Below are positions 43,349 through 56,322 of a stretch of 64,000 bases of DNA, piece by piece; positions within the stretch are counted from its first letter, which is position 1; each line of letters starts with the position of its first letter. The DNA is taken from NCBI GenBank assembly GCA_964016885.1, contig OZ024744.1, forward strand, positions 80,538,001 to 80,602,000. Reading direction: 5' to 3'. The translations under genes were made by a program, and so were the position numbers. Source of the DNA: Eledone cirrhosa. Its lineage: Eukaryota. The notes below the pieces were generated by a model, which worked only from the letters and a program-made list of their open reading frames with translations, had not been told where the DNA came from and did not search any database.

Positions 43349-45575
43349 AGAGAGAGAGAGAGAGAGAAAGATATTTGAACTCTAAGGCAGCAAATTGGCA
43401 GAGTCCTCAGAATGTTGCATAGAATGCTCTACAGTGTTCATTCCAGCTCTCTGTGCTCTGAGATTAAATGGTAAAAGCAAAATTGTAAGAGAATTTAGTA
43501 AATACCATAACTGTTGGCCATAGAACTTTGTTTTATGTAAATATTTCAAATATTTGATCTCATTTTTGATGGGTAGTCACATGCAATCGTGTGTGCTGCT
43601 GCTGACTTTAGCAGAGCCCGTAAAGATACATCTACACAGCAGGGCTTGTTGACCTCTGAGGTCCAATTTGCCTTTCATCCTTTCAAGGTGAATAAATAAA
43701 GTACCAGTCTAGTACTATACAAAGTGTACTGGATGTCACCAATACTAAAGAGGTTGTTGTGCTCTTGACACATCTGAAGAGTCTTCTTGACCTTTCCATG
43801 ACATGATATCTACAGCTAGATGTCCTTCCTATCATCAATCACCATACAGGGTATACTGGGTGTATTTTTCATGGCACCAGCCCTATAATTTGGCACAGTT
43901 TCTATTGCTGGAAGTGCTTCCTAGTACCAACTGCTTTACAGAGTAAACTTGGTGCAATTTATTGTAGCACTAACATTGAGGTTGTTGTCAGTCACTCAAC
44001 TGAAGAACCCTAAGGGGTGGGGGAGGTAGGTATATCATGAGTAAACTGTAACAGGTGGAGAATGATAACAGTATAATGTCATGATTGTATGACTTGTAGT
44101 GGGGATCAAAGAGGTAGTTTGCATTGTATTTTATTTTTCCTCAAACTACTTTAACCCTTTAGCATTTACATTAGTTGGGGTTCTCTATATTTACTATTGT
44201 ATTTTCACAGTAAAGGCTTTACCTCACATAATTATCTCATATAATATCAAATCTATGAGATTTTGATATTATTTATTTTGAGAACAATACCTTAACATCA
44301 GTATAAGTGGCCATTTATGGCTGGTTTGAACAGAAAGAGATGAGAGAATTCTGGCTAGATACAGCCGGTTTAAATGCTAAAGGGTTAATCTTATTTTAGG
44401 TAATGTCTCACATTATCTAGCATACAGATTGTCATAATCAATATATTATATGATGTTGGTTAATATTCCTTCTATTTATCTATTTATAGGAAGGGATTTT
44501 AGCCGAAATATAAGGACCTATAAAGAACGTCAAGGTTACATCATTGTTGTCATCACATTTTTAACATTTACTGTTCAATTCAAAGTGTAGTAGTCTTTAA
44601 ACAAAACATTATTTTCTACACTTTATACAATGCTTCAACGAAACTACAATACAGTCTTATATACAATGTTGATTTACAATTAACATGTAACACATGCAGA
44701 GGCATAATGAGAGACAATAGCACCTATGGCAAGCAGTGAAATCGTACCCCTGTCCAGCACTGAATTTTTACCTATGGACCTAATAATTTATATAAATGGT
44801 TTACTGATCCAGCCACCATAGTGTTCTCACCCATGATAATCAGATACAGTTCATATATCTGAAGGAGTTTCTTTTTTCACTCTCCGATGAGACTTATTTG
44901 ACTTTAATACAACGTATTCCTAGTTCAAGTGGCATCTGGCCATAAAACACTGCCTGAAAAAGGACCCCAAGAAGAATATAAAGCCTATTATGGAGCTTGC
45001 AAAGTTAACCCCTGTATTAACAAGAAAATGGTTTTAAAATGCTAGTTGTTATTATTGGCATTATATATACTTTGCAGAATCATTAAAGAGTTGGACAAAA
45101 TGTCTTTGGTATTTAGCTACAGCTCCTTCACATGATTTCAATCCCTGCCATGATCAACTTCGTATTTCATCTTTCTGGGGTTGGTCGATAAAATAAAGTA
45201 CCAATCAAGATTATTGACTTTACACTCCCCCACCCACAACACTACACCATCTAAAATTGCTGACCTTTGTGCCTTCATTTTAAAACTATTATTCTTGTTA
45301 ATTAAAATTATTCAATCTATATATAAATTTCTGCGATTCTGTCACAACAAGAGGACTAGTTTGACTACCTCATACTACCCCTCTCTTTTTACGTCTGCTG
45401 TGTGTGAATGTATGCCCGAGAGTGTGTATTTTTGTAAGTGTGTCTGTGCACGTTTATATTTATATACTCATACATATAAATGTATGCATATGCACATACA
45501 CACACACATACACATATACACATGCATCAGTGTATGAAAAAAAAAATGCAATTTGTAAAATCTTTTACTACTCAC

Positions 45576-45662
45576 AGGTTTGATATCATTAATGATTTCA
45601 TCGTATTTCACCCGAAATAATAATGATGATACTCTTTGATTTACACATTTGATATCTGCTAT
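45576..45662 (-). CDS. DIAPH: Diaphanous formin FH2 exon: IADIKCVNQRVSSLLFRVKYDEIINDIKP
   Basis: acag/gtgagt, 87 nt, phase 0-0. Confidence 0.94.
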
Positions 45663-46177
45663 CTGTAAAAAAATAAAAATAAAAAATAAGATAAATACAT
45701 ATATTGAATTTATTTTTAACCCATGCAAGCATGGCAAAGAAGATGTGGATATATTCCTGTGGGAATTTGTAGTAAACTAAAATAAAAACTTTATTATTTG
45801 ATGTGATGCAATGATAGGGCTGTTTTGTATTTTCAAAAATGTCTTGATAATGTGGTTTGTTAATTCAAATGTTTATAGTATCTTTTCTAGAAGACAGATT
45901 ATGAAATTTTCAGTAAACTAAAGGACTTTAATTTTTAATGTGACATACTAAAATTATTAAATATTTCATTATAAAGATGGTATTTGTAACATTAACTATC
46001 AAAATGTTTTTACATAAAATTATGTTGGAAGATTTTAATTTAAATACAAACCCTTTGAAATGGTTGGGTTTTGTTTCATAGAACCAGAGGCAGTTTTGGG
46101 TGGGTACCCAAGGGTTACAAAAATGCACAGACAGCTGATAACTAAATATTAAAGAAATAAAACAGAAAAGAACTTAC

Positions 46178-46374
46178 CACAACCATAAACTGCTCGGATT
46201 CAGCCAGTTCATCATATATATTTTTCATGGTACCTAGTTGATTTATAGCATCTTGTGCAGGTAGAAAATTCAAAAGTTGCTCTAGTATATGCTGAGATAG
46301 TTTATCAAGGTCAACATCTAGTATACTCCGTTTGATTTCTTCATAAGGTAGTTTCACCGAACCCAATAAAATAG
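46178..46374 (-). CDS. DIAPH: Diaphanous formin FH2 exon: SILLGSVKLPYEEIKRSILDVD...LAESEQFMVV
   Basis: ctgcag/gtaagt, 197 nt, phase 1-0; retains the conserved FH2 Ile of NLSIxL and LAESEQF. Confidence 0.96.
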
Positions 46375-47591
46375 CTGCAGAAGGAGATAAAAAAGGTCTT
46401 GAGTAAACATATGAATATTTCTAATTTTTTTTAAACGCATGCAATGTTAATTGAACATGAATGACAAAGCCTGGATGAACTGAAAGAGAAACTGGCTATG
46501 AATCCAAAGTAGTTTGCAAGAGAGGTGACTGTACTGGTATGTATATGTGATGCTCATGGATGATAATCATTGGGTGAAGAAGTGCCAGGAAATCCCAGTG
46601 GAAGAAAGCCACAGTAGAGGTAGGCCAAGATAGACCTGGATGGAATTGGTGAGAGCTGATCTCAAATCGTTGAAGTTCACAGAGGAGATGACAAGAGAAA
46701 TGAGACGAGTGGAGAGAAATGCTTTGCTGAAAAAGACTTGTCCGATCTGTGCAAGTATGGAAAAGCAGCTGTAAAATGATGATGATGATGATGACAGATT
46801 TACATCATCATCATCACAATATCATTCCTTTATTTGTGCTTTTCCATGTTTGCACCAGTTGGATGGGTCATTTTCAGTACAGTATTTCTCTCCATTCTTC
46901 ACATTCCTTTGTCATCTTCTCTGTGAGATTTAATGTTTTGAAATCTGCTTTCATCATTTCTGACCAGGTCTTTCTGCAAAAATGAAAGCAAAATACCTTT
47001 TGTTGGCTGAGAATTTTGACAAACATAATTCCTTTACACACTTGAATTATTCATTTTTTACCCTCTCCTTGTTAATGGGTCTATCATATAAGATATTCTC
47101 ATCCAGTTAAAGATACTTATAGTCTGTCTCAATCCTGGAGGCTTATTAGATTTGTGCTTATTCCAATTTCATTAAACAACTGAGAGTACAAGACACTTCT
47201 TCCCTTGACAGGACACCAGTCCATCACAAGGTTAAACTACCAGCTACTGCTGGTACTCATTTTCAACTGAGTATACTAGAGCAATGTGAAATGAAGTGTT
47301 TTGCTCAAAAACATAGCATGCCAAAAATGCAACATACAAGTACAACTCATTTTTGCCAGCTGATTGAAATGGAGCAACATGAAATAAACTGTCTTGCTCA
47401 AGGACACAATACACCACAGGGAATCAAACTCGTGACCTTATGATTCCGAGCTGAACACCCTAACCACTAAGCCATGCACCTTCACTATTAGTGAAACACG
47501 GAAGAAAGGAATTATTGAAACCTATATTACTTCTAAGATATGACAGAGAAAGAAGCATGAATTTCTAAAATGTTAAAATAGATTTACTTAC

Positions 47592-47672
47592 ATAAATTTT
47601 GTGCAGATTTTATATCCAAAACTTTCAATTCCTTTGTTTTCTTCATGGGTTTTTCTTTGACAGTAGTCTTCT
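47592..47672 (-). CDS. DIAPH: Diaphanous formin exon (FH2 N-part): (E)KTTVKEKPMKKTKELKVLDIKSAQNL(S)
   Basis: tgcag acceptor, gtaagt donor, 81 nt, phase 1-1; matches the Dia motif KELKVLDxKxAQNLS. Confidence 0.93.
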
Positions 47673-48394
47673 CTGCAATTTCGGAAATATTTAAATATAA
47701 TTGAAATTATTTAGGGCGTTGAGAAAAAAAAAAGTAGTTACAAATAAAAGAATATTGTAGCACATTTTCATAAATTTTCTTGTGAATTAAAACAGTGGTC
47801 TCCAACCTTTTTTATACCACAGACCAGCTTCATGCCGTGGACTGGTAGTTTCACATATTTAATTTAAGTGCATTTTGATAAAGAGAACAATAATAGTCTC
47901 TCTTTTGGCACAAGGCCAGCAATTATACCAGTGTATTACTGGTACTTTATTTTATTGATCCTGTAAGGATGAAAGGCAAAGATTTTTATATTATTTATTT
48001 TGAGATCAATACGTTAACATCAGTATGAGTAGCCAGTTACGACCAGTTTGAAGAGAAATAGGAGAGAGAATTCTGGCCAGATACAGTCAGTTTAAATGGG
48101 TGTTATAGCACTGGGCAGCTGTTTTGTAAGGATTCGCCCCCCCCCCCCCCCCCACTCCCAGTAAGGTCTCAATATAAGATATCTTTAGATATAAAGCTAT
48201 TTAAAAAAAAAAATCTAATGGATATCTAAGTTAACACAAAAAATATAAAGAAAACAATTACAATCAAACTTAAGAAGCAAAGTTCTCAAACTTTTGTCTC
48301 CCCCCCCCTATTTCCAGAGAGACCTGCCTACACACAAATAATAAATAATATATAATAAATAAAATCGTTGATTTATATATAATAAAATACTATG

Positions 48395-49893
48395 TATCAT
48401 CATCATCATTTTACGTCTGCTTTTCCCTGCATGCAAGAGTGGGACGGGTCCTATTCAGCATCTCTCCACTTGTCATGGTCCTTCATCACCTCCACCGTTA
48501 GCTTCAGCAATCTGAGGTCTGCTCTCACCACCTCTGCCCATGTTTTTTGTGGTCTACCTCTACTAGGTCTTCCTTCAACTGGCATTTATTGGTGCTTCTT
48601 TACCCAGCGGTCTAATGTCAAATTTCCCTGTACCTCTACTGCATATGTTTTTCTCCCTACCTGTTAGTTTGACTGCTATCCCACTACACCTCTTGTGTAC
48701 CCAAGATCTGCATTGCATACATTTTATGGAATTTATGCCAGTTCCTTTTCTGCATATCGAACATGGCCATTTCCCTGATGGAATCGGAGTATTGTCCTCT
48801 TTTCTACTCATCAACACTTTTGCCTTAGCTATATTCACTCTCAGTCCTCTTGATTCCAACTGTTGTTTCTATAGCCAGAATTTATTCTCTAGCTCCTCTA
48901 CTGATTCTGCTATAAGAACCAAATCATCAGCATAGAGAAGTTCCCATGGACATCCAGTCTTAAACTCCTCTGTTATGGCTTGGAGGACTATAATGAACAC
49001 TAGCGGGCTGAGGACCAAACCCTGATGTACACCTACATGTATCTGGAATTCCTCATGAAACTCCATTCCTATTCTCACTTTACTGACAGCACCCCTGTAC
49101 ATAGCTCGCACTGTCCTCACAAGCCATTCCTCAACACCCAGCTTCCTTAGGGACCACCAGATGACAGATCGGGGTACCCTATCAAAGGCCTTCTCTAGGT
49201 CAACAAAAGCTAAGTATAGAGACTTATTCTTCTCTAAGAACCTCTCTTGTAATTGTCTCACTAAGAAGAGGGCATCTGTTGTACTTTTCCCAGGCACAAA
49301 ACCAAACTGCATCTCATCTAGTTTGACCCTTTCTCTAATTAGTTGCGATAATATCCTTTCTGCCACTTTCATGACCTGATCCATCAGTTTTATGCCCCTA
49401 TAATTGACCCTCTCCAGAGCATCCCCTTTACCTTTGTAGCAATTTATGAGAATACTGCTGCACCAGTTTTTGGGTATAACACCACCATATATAGCTTGAT
49501 TGATGATGCATGCAACTAGTTTAGTGCCTATGTCCCCTGACGCCTTCAGCATCTCAACAACTATCCCCGACAGTCCAGTGGCCTTACCATCCCTCATGGA
49601 CCCTATATTCGTCAATCTCAATAGCTGGTCCCTCTGTCGGATCTACTGAGGGTAATTTCTCTCTCTCCCATTCGTTCTCCACATTCACCAGTCTCTCATA
49701 ATGACATTTCCAGGCCTCCTTTTTCTGATCATTTGTGACATCATTCCGGACACATTTATCTCCAACAACATCCTGATTTACACCGACACACTGTCTTGCA
49801 ATGCGGAACACCACACGCGTCTGATCTTCCCGTTGCAGAAGATTGGCAAACCTCCTACTCTCAGCCTCCCTGTGTGCTAAGTACACCTGACGT
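48395..49893 (-). mobile_element. 5'-truncated RTE of the same subfamily as the 12.3-15 kb copy, internal deletion near 48610, (GAT)n tail
   Basis: RT ORFs 48869-49621 and 48575-48859 nearly identical to the 12-13.8 kb copy. Confidence 0.94.
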
Positions 49894-51211
49894 CTATATA
49901 TCTTATTTTACTATATTTATATATAAGATCTATCATTTGATATTTAATATACTAGTATATCATCTCTACTGCACCCCTTGGGGTCTAGTACACCTCCTGA
50001 ACCTTCCCAGTGGGTGGCAGTAGTGCCCACTTTCAGAACCTCTGCTTTAGAATTTAAACTGGCTATTTCCGGCCAGAATTCTCTCACCTCTTTTGGTTCA
50101 AAACTATTGTAACCGGCCCCTCATACTGATGTTAAGGTATTGTTCTCAAATTAAATAACATCACAATCTCAGATTTGATATAATGTGAGATAAAGCCTTT
50201 TCTGAGATACAATAGTAAGTATAATTGTTTCTACTTTTGGCACAAGGCCAGCAATTACCTCAATACGTTACTGGTATTTTATTTTATCGAACCCTTAAGG
50301 ATGAAAGTCAAAACTAACCTCGGTCGGATTTGAACTCAGAACGTAAAGGGCCATAACTCTATGCTGCAAAGCACAGTGTCTGACGATCTTCCGATACTGC
50401 CAATCCAGTTAATGCTTAAGGGTTAATTCCTGATATCTTGTTTCATTTTAATAATCTAGTTTAATTAGTTTAATTTCAACATAATATATTGCAGTTTAAT
50501 TTTGATATAACTAGTTTGATTTTAAATAATAAAAAAAAAAATGGTAATGAAGGGTTTAAATAAAGAAAAAGAAAGGAAATTTCTAGGACGGTTGAGATTT
50601 CTAAAAATTAACATGATTAGCAACTGATAGGTAAGAAGAAACATATAAAAACAAGGGCATAAAATTATGATGAGGAAACTAACACTTGGAATGCAGTAGG
50701 GGGTCTGGGAGAGAAAGTAGTAAAAGAATGGGCAAGTTAAAGAAGATTGAATACATGTTGAATATATGTATTAAGTAAAGACAAACATGGAAAGGTAGTC
50801 ATGAATATGGTTTTGAAGAAACAAAGGAAATATTCTTTTATTTGCTTCAACCGTTAGACTATGGTCATGTTGGGGCATCTATTGCCATAAAAAATTTAGT
50901 CAATTGTATTGACCCCAAATATTCAGTGTTTTTCAAGTGTGGTACTCGTTCTTATTTTAACAATCTCTTTTGGAGTCTTTCTTGTTGAGGCACAGGCATA
51001 TACACACATACATATATATAATGAATATAGGTTCAACACAAAATGAAAGAATCAAAAATTTTAAAGATAATCTTCAGCAAATTATATATGGAACAGAAAG
51101 TTATAACATGTAAGGGATAAAGTGTGTATTGAGTGCATATGTGTATGCATCTTGTGTATATATATATATATATATATCATCATTTTACGTTCGCTTTTCC
51201 CTGCTTGCAAG

Positions 51212-51264
<53 letters not shown>

Positions 51265-51446
51265 GTAAAAGGTAAACAGAAATAACGACATAATCGGTAC
51301 AGGAAGGAAAATATTAGGTTAACGCTTGAAAAAGCAGGAAGAGGGTCTTAAAGTTTCAGAAGAAAGAATGAGAAATAAGAAAGTTTGAAGGGACAGATGG
51401 GGTTATATATGTGTGTATATATATGTATATATATATATATATATAT

Positions 51447-51651
51447 GGGATAACAAATTATAGGTAATCCAGTTAGAGGTTGTTATTCTCCACTTTTTCA
51501 ATTTTATTACTCCAAGATAAACTTACATAGGAATACAAGTTAAATCATAAACCTCTTGTTGAGTCAAAAAACACCGTACGCTAAAACTATCCATAATAAG
51601 AAGTATTCACAACCTCTAACTGGATTACCTATAACAACATTTTGTTATCCC
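51447..51651. repeat. Foldback element with ~45-bp arms inside (TA)n
   Basis: gggataacaaa..ttataggtaatccagttagaggttgt / acaacctctaactggattacctataa..tttgttatccc. Confidence 0.8.
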
Positions 51652-52192
51652 TTATATATATATATATTATATATATATTATATATATATATTATATATAT
51701 ATATATATCAGGCGTGTGGCTGAGTGGTTAGATAACTGGATTCGCAATCGTGAGCTGGTGAGTTCGATTCCTGGACCGGGCGATGCGTTATGTCCTTGAG
51801 CAAGATACTTTATTTCACGTTGCTCCTTCTACCTGGAGTTGCGACCGATAGATAGTATTAGCAATTGGAAAGACCAATGGAAACACTGTTTCCTCGGTCC
51901 GATTTGACGAAGGTCGATCGTAAGGAATATATAATATATATATATATAATATATATAATATATATAATATATATAATATATATATATATATAATATATAT
52001 AATATATATATATATAATATATATAATATATAATATATATAATATATATAATATATATAATATATATATATATAATATATAATATATATAATATATATAA
52101 TATATAATATATATAATATATATATATATAATATATATATATATAATATATATATATATAATATATATAATATATATAATATATATATATAT

Positions 52193-52227
<35 letters not shown>

Positions 52228-52254
52228 ATATATATAATATATATAATATATATA

Positions 52255-55200
52255 ATCATCATCATCATCATCATCATCACCGTTTTACGTCCGTTCTTCC
52301 ACGCTAGCATGGGTTAGACGGGTTGTCCTGTTGTGGGCAGTGTCTGGTCGGCTGACCATGCCTTGCTCATACAGGAACTGATCTGGCTTGATTTCTACAG
52401 CTGGATGCCCTTCCTAACACCAACCTCATTTACAGTGAGTGCTGGGTGCTTTTTCGTGGCGCCTACACGTCCACTTTACAGTGTGGGCTGGGTGCTTTTT
52501 TGCCGTGGCACCTCCACGGCCACCTTGCGGTGGAGGGGGGGGGGGCATATTGTTTATATGCTTCAGCATGTACCCATGGGAGGTCGGGTACCCTGTATTA
52601 CTGCGTGACGCCAGAAGTCACGGTCGTGTGTCATTGACTTTGAGAGGTGTAGTTGGGTAAGGTCGGCTTTTATCACCTCATCCCAAGTCATCTTGGGTCT
52701 CCCCACTCCGCGGTTTCCATCAACTTCTAGTGCTCTGCACCTTTTTATGCAGCTGTCATCCTTCATACGCATCACATGTCCATACCAGCGTAACCGCCTC
52801 TCCTGCACGCAGCATTTGATTCCTCTTATGCTCAGTCTCTCTCTCAATTCCTTTATGCTTTGTCGTTCACGTATATTACTGTTACACATCCATCGGAGCA
52901 TGCAGGCTTCGTTTCTCTCTAATCTACGTAAGTCTTCCACCTTCAGCGCCCAGGTCTCACTACCATGCAACATCGCTGTTCGGATACACGCATCATACAG
53001 TCTGCCTTTCATTCTGAGGGAGAAGCCTTTTGCAGCTAGCAGTGGTAGTAGTTCCCTAAACTTCTTCCATTCCGTTCTTACCCTAGTTATTGTACTTTCT
53101 GAGCACCCACCTCCGTTGCTAATTCGGTCACCTAGGTAGCAGAAGCTGTCTACTGTTTCTACAGGGCCCTCCCAGAGATTGGTGGTACTTGTTTCCTGTG
53201 GCTGTTTGCTTGCTGTTTCAGCACAGCTGCTGCATGTGAATCCTACATTCTTAATTAAGCTTCCTGAGATCCCGCTACATCTCTTGTGTACCCATTGTTT
53301 GCATTTGGGGCAGAGAATGGAGTTTCTACCTACACCTTTCCTACATACTGAGCAAGGCCATTTCCCTGAGGGGATCTGGGTTCTGTTTTCTCGTCTACTT
53401 ACAAGGACCTTAGTCTTTGTCATGTTGACTTTGAGGCCCTTTCTCTCTAGTCCCTGCTTCCAGGTTTGGAATTTATTCTCTAGTTCTACCATAGATTCAG
53501 CTATGAGTGCGAGGTCATCAGCATACAGGAGTTCCCATGGGCATCCGGTCTTAAACTCCTCCGTTATTGCCTGCAGGACTATGATGAACAGGAGAGGGCT
53601 AAGAACAGAGCCCTGGTGGACCCCAACCTGTACGCTAAATTCCTCGCTATACTCATTGCCAATCCTAACTTTGCTGACTGCTCCCCTATACATGGCTTGT
53701 ACCGCTTTCACAAGCCATTCATCTACTCCTAGTTTTCTAAGAGCCCACCAGATTACTGCACGTGGAACTCTGTCAAAGGCTTTCTCAAGGTCGACAAATG
53801 CCAAGTAGAGTGGCTTACTTTTAGCTAGGTACTTTTCCTGTAATTGCCTCACAAGGAAGAGGGCATCAGTGGTGCCTTTCCCTGGTACAAACCCAAATTG
53901 CATCTCGTCTATATTCACCCGGTCCCTAATCAGCTGTGCTATAACTCTTTCTGTTACTTTCATGACCTGGTCCATCAACTTTATACCTCTATAGTTTCCT
54001 CTATCTAGTGCATCGCCTTTACCTTTGTAGCAGTTGACAATGATGCTACTGCACCAATCTTTTGGTATGGCCCCCTCTAGTATTACCTGGTTAACGATAC
54101 GTGTGGTTATAGTGTGACCTACAGACCCAGATGCCTTCAGCATCTCGGCAGCTATACCCGATGGACCGGTTGCCTTCCCTATCTTCATATCTCTGATTGC
54201 CTTACTTACTACGCTGCCGCTGACTTGTACTGCTGGTCCCTCTATAGGGTCTACGTGGGGTAGGGTCTCTTCTTCCCATGCATTCTCCTCATTTAGTAAT
54301 CTATCATAATGACTCTTCCATGCATCTTTCTTCTCAGCACTTGTGAGGGCAAGCTCACCTTTATCATTCCGGATACACTTCTCTCCAATGACATCACAAC
54401 TATCTCTGACACACTGCCTCGCAATCTTGAATACCTCCTGTTTCTGGTCCTCACGTTGTAAAACATGCTTGAATTTTCTATCCTCTGCTTCCCTCCTAGC
54501 TAAGTATACTTGTCGCCTAGCTTCCCTCTTGGTCTCTATGTAATGTACCCTGCTCCCCCCGTTCTTCCATTCTTTCCATGCCTGTCTCTTGGCCTTGACT
54601 GCTTCATCTACCTTATTGTTCCACCACCAAGTCACTCTCCTCCTGCTTGAGGTCTTACTCCAGCCACAAACCTCATCCGTCGCCTCTAGTAAGTTATTTT
54701 TTAGGAACTCCCAGTTCTCTTCTACGTTAAATGTCTCTATCTGTTCTTCTTTACTGTCGTAGGCGTTGAGTAAAATATCTTTAAATCTGTTACTGGTTGA
54801 GGGGACTTTCAGCTTCCAGATCTTTCTTCTCCAGGTTGGCCTCTGTTTCAGGGCTCGTCTAGTTCTGACCGTGAGGTCGCTGACAACTAAGCTATGTTGG
54901 GATGTACATTCCTCACTAGGGAAGGCTTTTGTGTTTACGACCGTCCATCTGTCACGTCCTCTGATGAGGATAAAATCTAACTGACTAGAGTGCTCCCCTG
55001 ATCTATAGGTGATCAGGTGGTTGTCGGGTTTTTTAAAGTTTGTGTTACATATCGACATGTCATTGGCGTCGCAGAATTCTAGAAGTCTGAATCCTTCCTC
55101 ATTCCTTGTGCCAACTCCATGGCCTCCATGTACTCTATTGAAGCCGTCGCAGTGTTTACCTACGTGTCCGTTAAAATCTCCTGCAATGATTAGGAAGTCC

Positions 55201-55511
55201 TTGTCGTCTGTTAGAGCAGTAGTGTGTATTAGGGACTCGTAAAACCTATCCTTAAGTTCGTCTGGCAGCCCCGATTGGGGTGCGTAAGCTGATATTATTG
55301 TGGTAATTGTCTTATTCAGGACTAGTCTAAGTTTAATGATTCTTGCATTTACCCTGTACACTGAGATTACTTTATCTACCCACTTGTCAGCTAATAGTAT
55401 ACCTACACCACCCATCCCATCGTCATTTCCCACCCAGAAAAATTTGTAGCACTGGCTTTTTCCTACAAGGACTCTAGCAGACCCTCCTCTCCATCTAGTC
55501 TCTTGCACACA
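52255..55511 (-). mobile_element. Young RTE-clade LINE, slightly 5'-truncated, uninterrupted ORF, ~300 nt 3'UTR, (GAT)n tail
   Basis: APE endonuclease motifs (QETRW, AYAPQ, GDFNGH, SQH), RT (FVDLEKAFD, QGSVLSP, YADD), flanked by (TA)n arrays. Confidence 0.97.
52563..55508 (-). CDS. RTE LINE endonuclease/reverse transcriptase polyprotein (981 codons, lacks the first EN motif)
   Basis: ORF track; EN + RT + Cys/His finger + RRLRWYGH C-terminal region. Confidence 0.92.
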   Translation of the reverse strand: MQETRWRGGSARVLVGKSQCYKFFWVGNDDGMGGVGILLADKWVDKVISVYRVNARIIKLRLVLNKTITTIISAYAPQSGLPDELKDRFYESLIHTTALTDDKDFLIIAGDFNGHVGKHCDGFNRVHGGHGVGTRNEEGFRLLEFCDANDMSICNTNFKKPDNHLITYRSGEHSSQLDFILIRGRDRWTVVNTKAFPSEECTSQHSLVVSDLTVRTRRALKQRPTWRRKIWKLKVPSTSNRFKDILLNAYDSKEEQIETFNVEENWEFLKNNLLEATDEVCGWSKTSSRRRVTWWWNNKVDEAVKAKRQAWKEWKNGGSRVHYIETKREARRQVYLARREAEDRKFKHVLQREDQKQEVFKIARQCVRDSCDVIGEKCIRNDKGELALTSAEKKDAWKSHYDRLLNEENAWEEETLPHVDPIEGPAVQVSGSVVSKAIRDMKIGKATGPSGIAAEMLKASGSVGHTITTRIVNQVILEGAIPKDWCSSIIVNCYKGKGDALDRGNYRGIKLMDQVMKVTERVIAQLIRDRVNIDEMQFGFVPGKGTTDALFLVRQLQEKYLAKSKPLYLAFVDLEKAFDRVPRAVIWWALRKLGVDEWLVKAVQAMYRGAVSKVRIGNEYSEEFSVQVGVHQGSVLSPLLFIIVLQAITEEFKTGCPWELLYADDLALIAESMVELENKFQTWKQGLERKGLKVNMTKTKVLVSRRENRTQIPSGKWPCSVCRKGVGRNSILCPKCKQWVHKRCSGISGSLIKNVGFTCSSCAETASKQPQETSTTNLWEGPVETVDSFCYLGDRISNGGGCSESTITRVRTEWKKFRELLPLLAAKGFSLRMKGRLYDACIRTAMLHGSETWALKVEDLRRLERNEACMLRWMCNSNIRERQSIKELRERLSIRGIKCCVQERRLRWYGHVMRMKDDSCIKRCRALEVDGNRGVGRPKMTWDEVIKADLTQLHLSKSMTHDRDFWRHAVIQGTRPPMGTC

Positions 55512-55513
55512 AG

Positions 55514-55522
55514 ATATATATA

Positions 55523-55566
<44 letters not shown>

Positions 55567-56114
55567 TATATATATATATACTATATATATATAGTATATA
55601 TATATAGTATATATATATATATATAGTATATATATATAGTATATATATATATATATAGTATATATATATATATATAGTATATATATATATATATAGTATA
55701 TATATATATATAGTATATATATATATATAGTATATATATATATATATAGTATATATATATATATATATATATATAGTATATATATATATATATAGTATAT
55801 ATATATATATTGTATATATATATATATAATATATATATATATATAATATATATATATATATAATATATATATATATATAATATATATATATATATAATAT
55901 ATATATATATATATAGTATATATATATATATAGTATATATATATATATAGTATATATATATATATAGTATATATATATATATAGTATATATATATATATA
56001 TAGTATATATATATATATATAGTATATATATATATATTGTATATATATATATATAGTATATATATATATATTGTATATATATATATATTGTATATATATA
56101 TATATAATATATAT

Positions 56115-56148
<34 letters not shown>

Positions 56149-56205
56149 ATATATATATATATATAATATATATATATATATAATATATATATATATATAA
56201 TATAT

Positions 56206-56295
<90 letters not shown>

Positions 56296-56322
56296 GCATA
56301 TATATATATATATATTGTGTAT
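55514..56322. repeat. (TA)n array between tandem RTE copies
   Basis: direct inspection. Confidence 0.98.

Noticed and set aside
54955-54985. CTGATGAG on the + strand
   Set aside because: Antisense of RTE coding sequence (FILIRG); no ribozyme stems
52693-55242. Plus-strand ORFs overlapping the LINEs
   Set aside because: Antisense shadows of the RTE ORF
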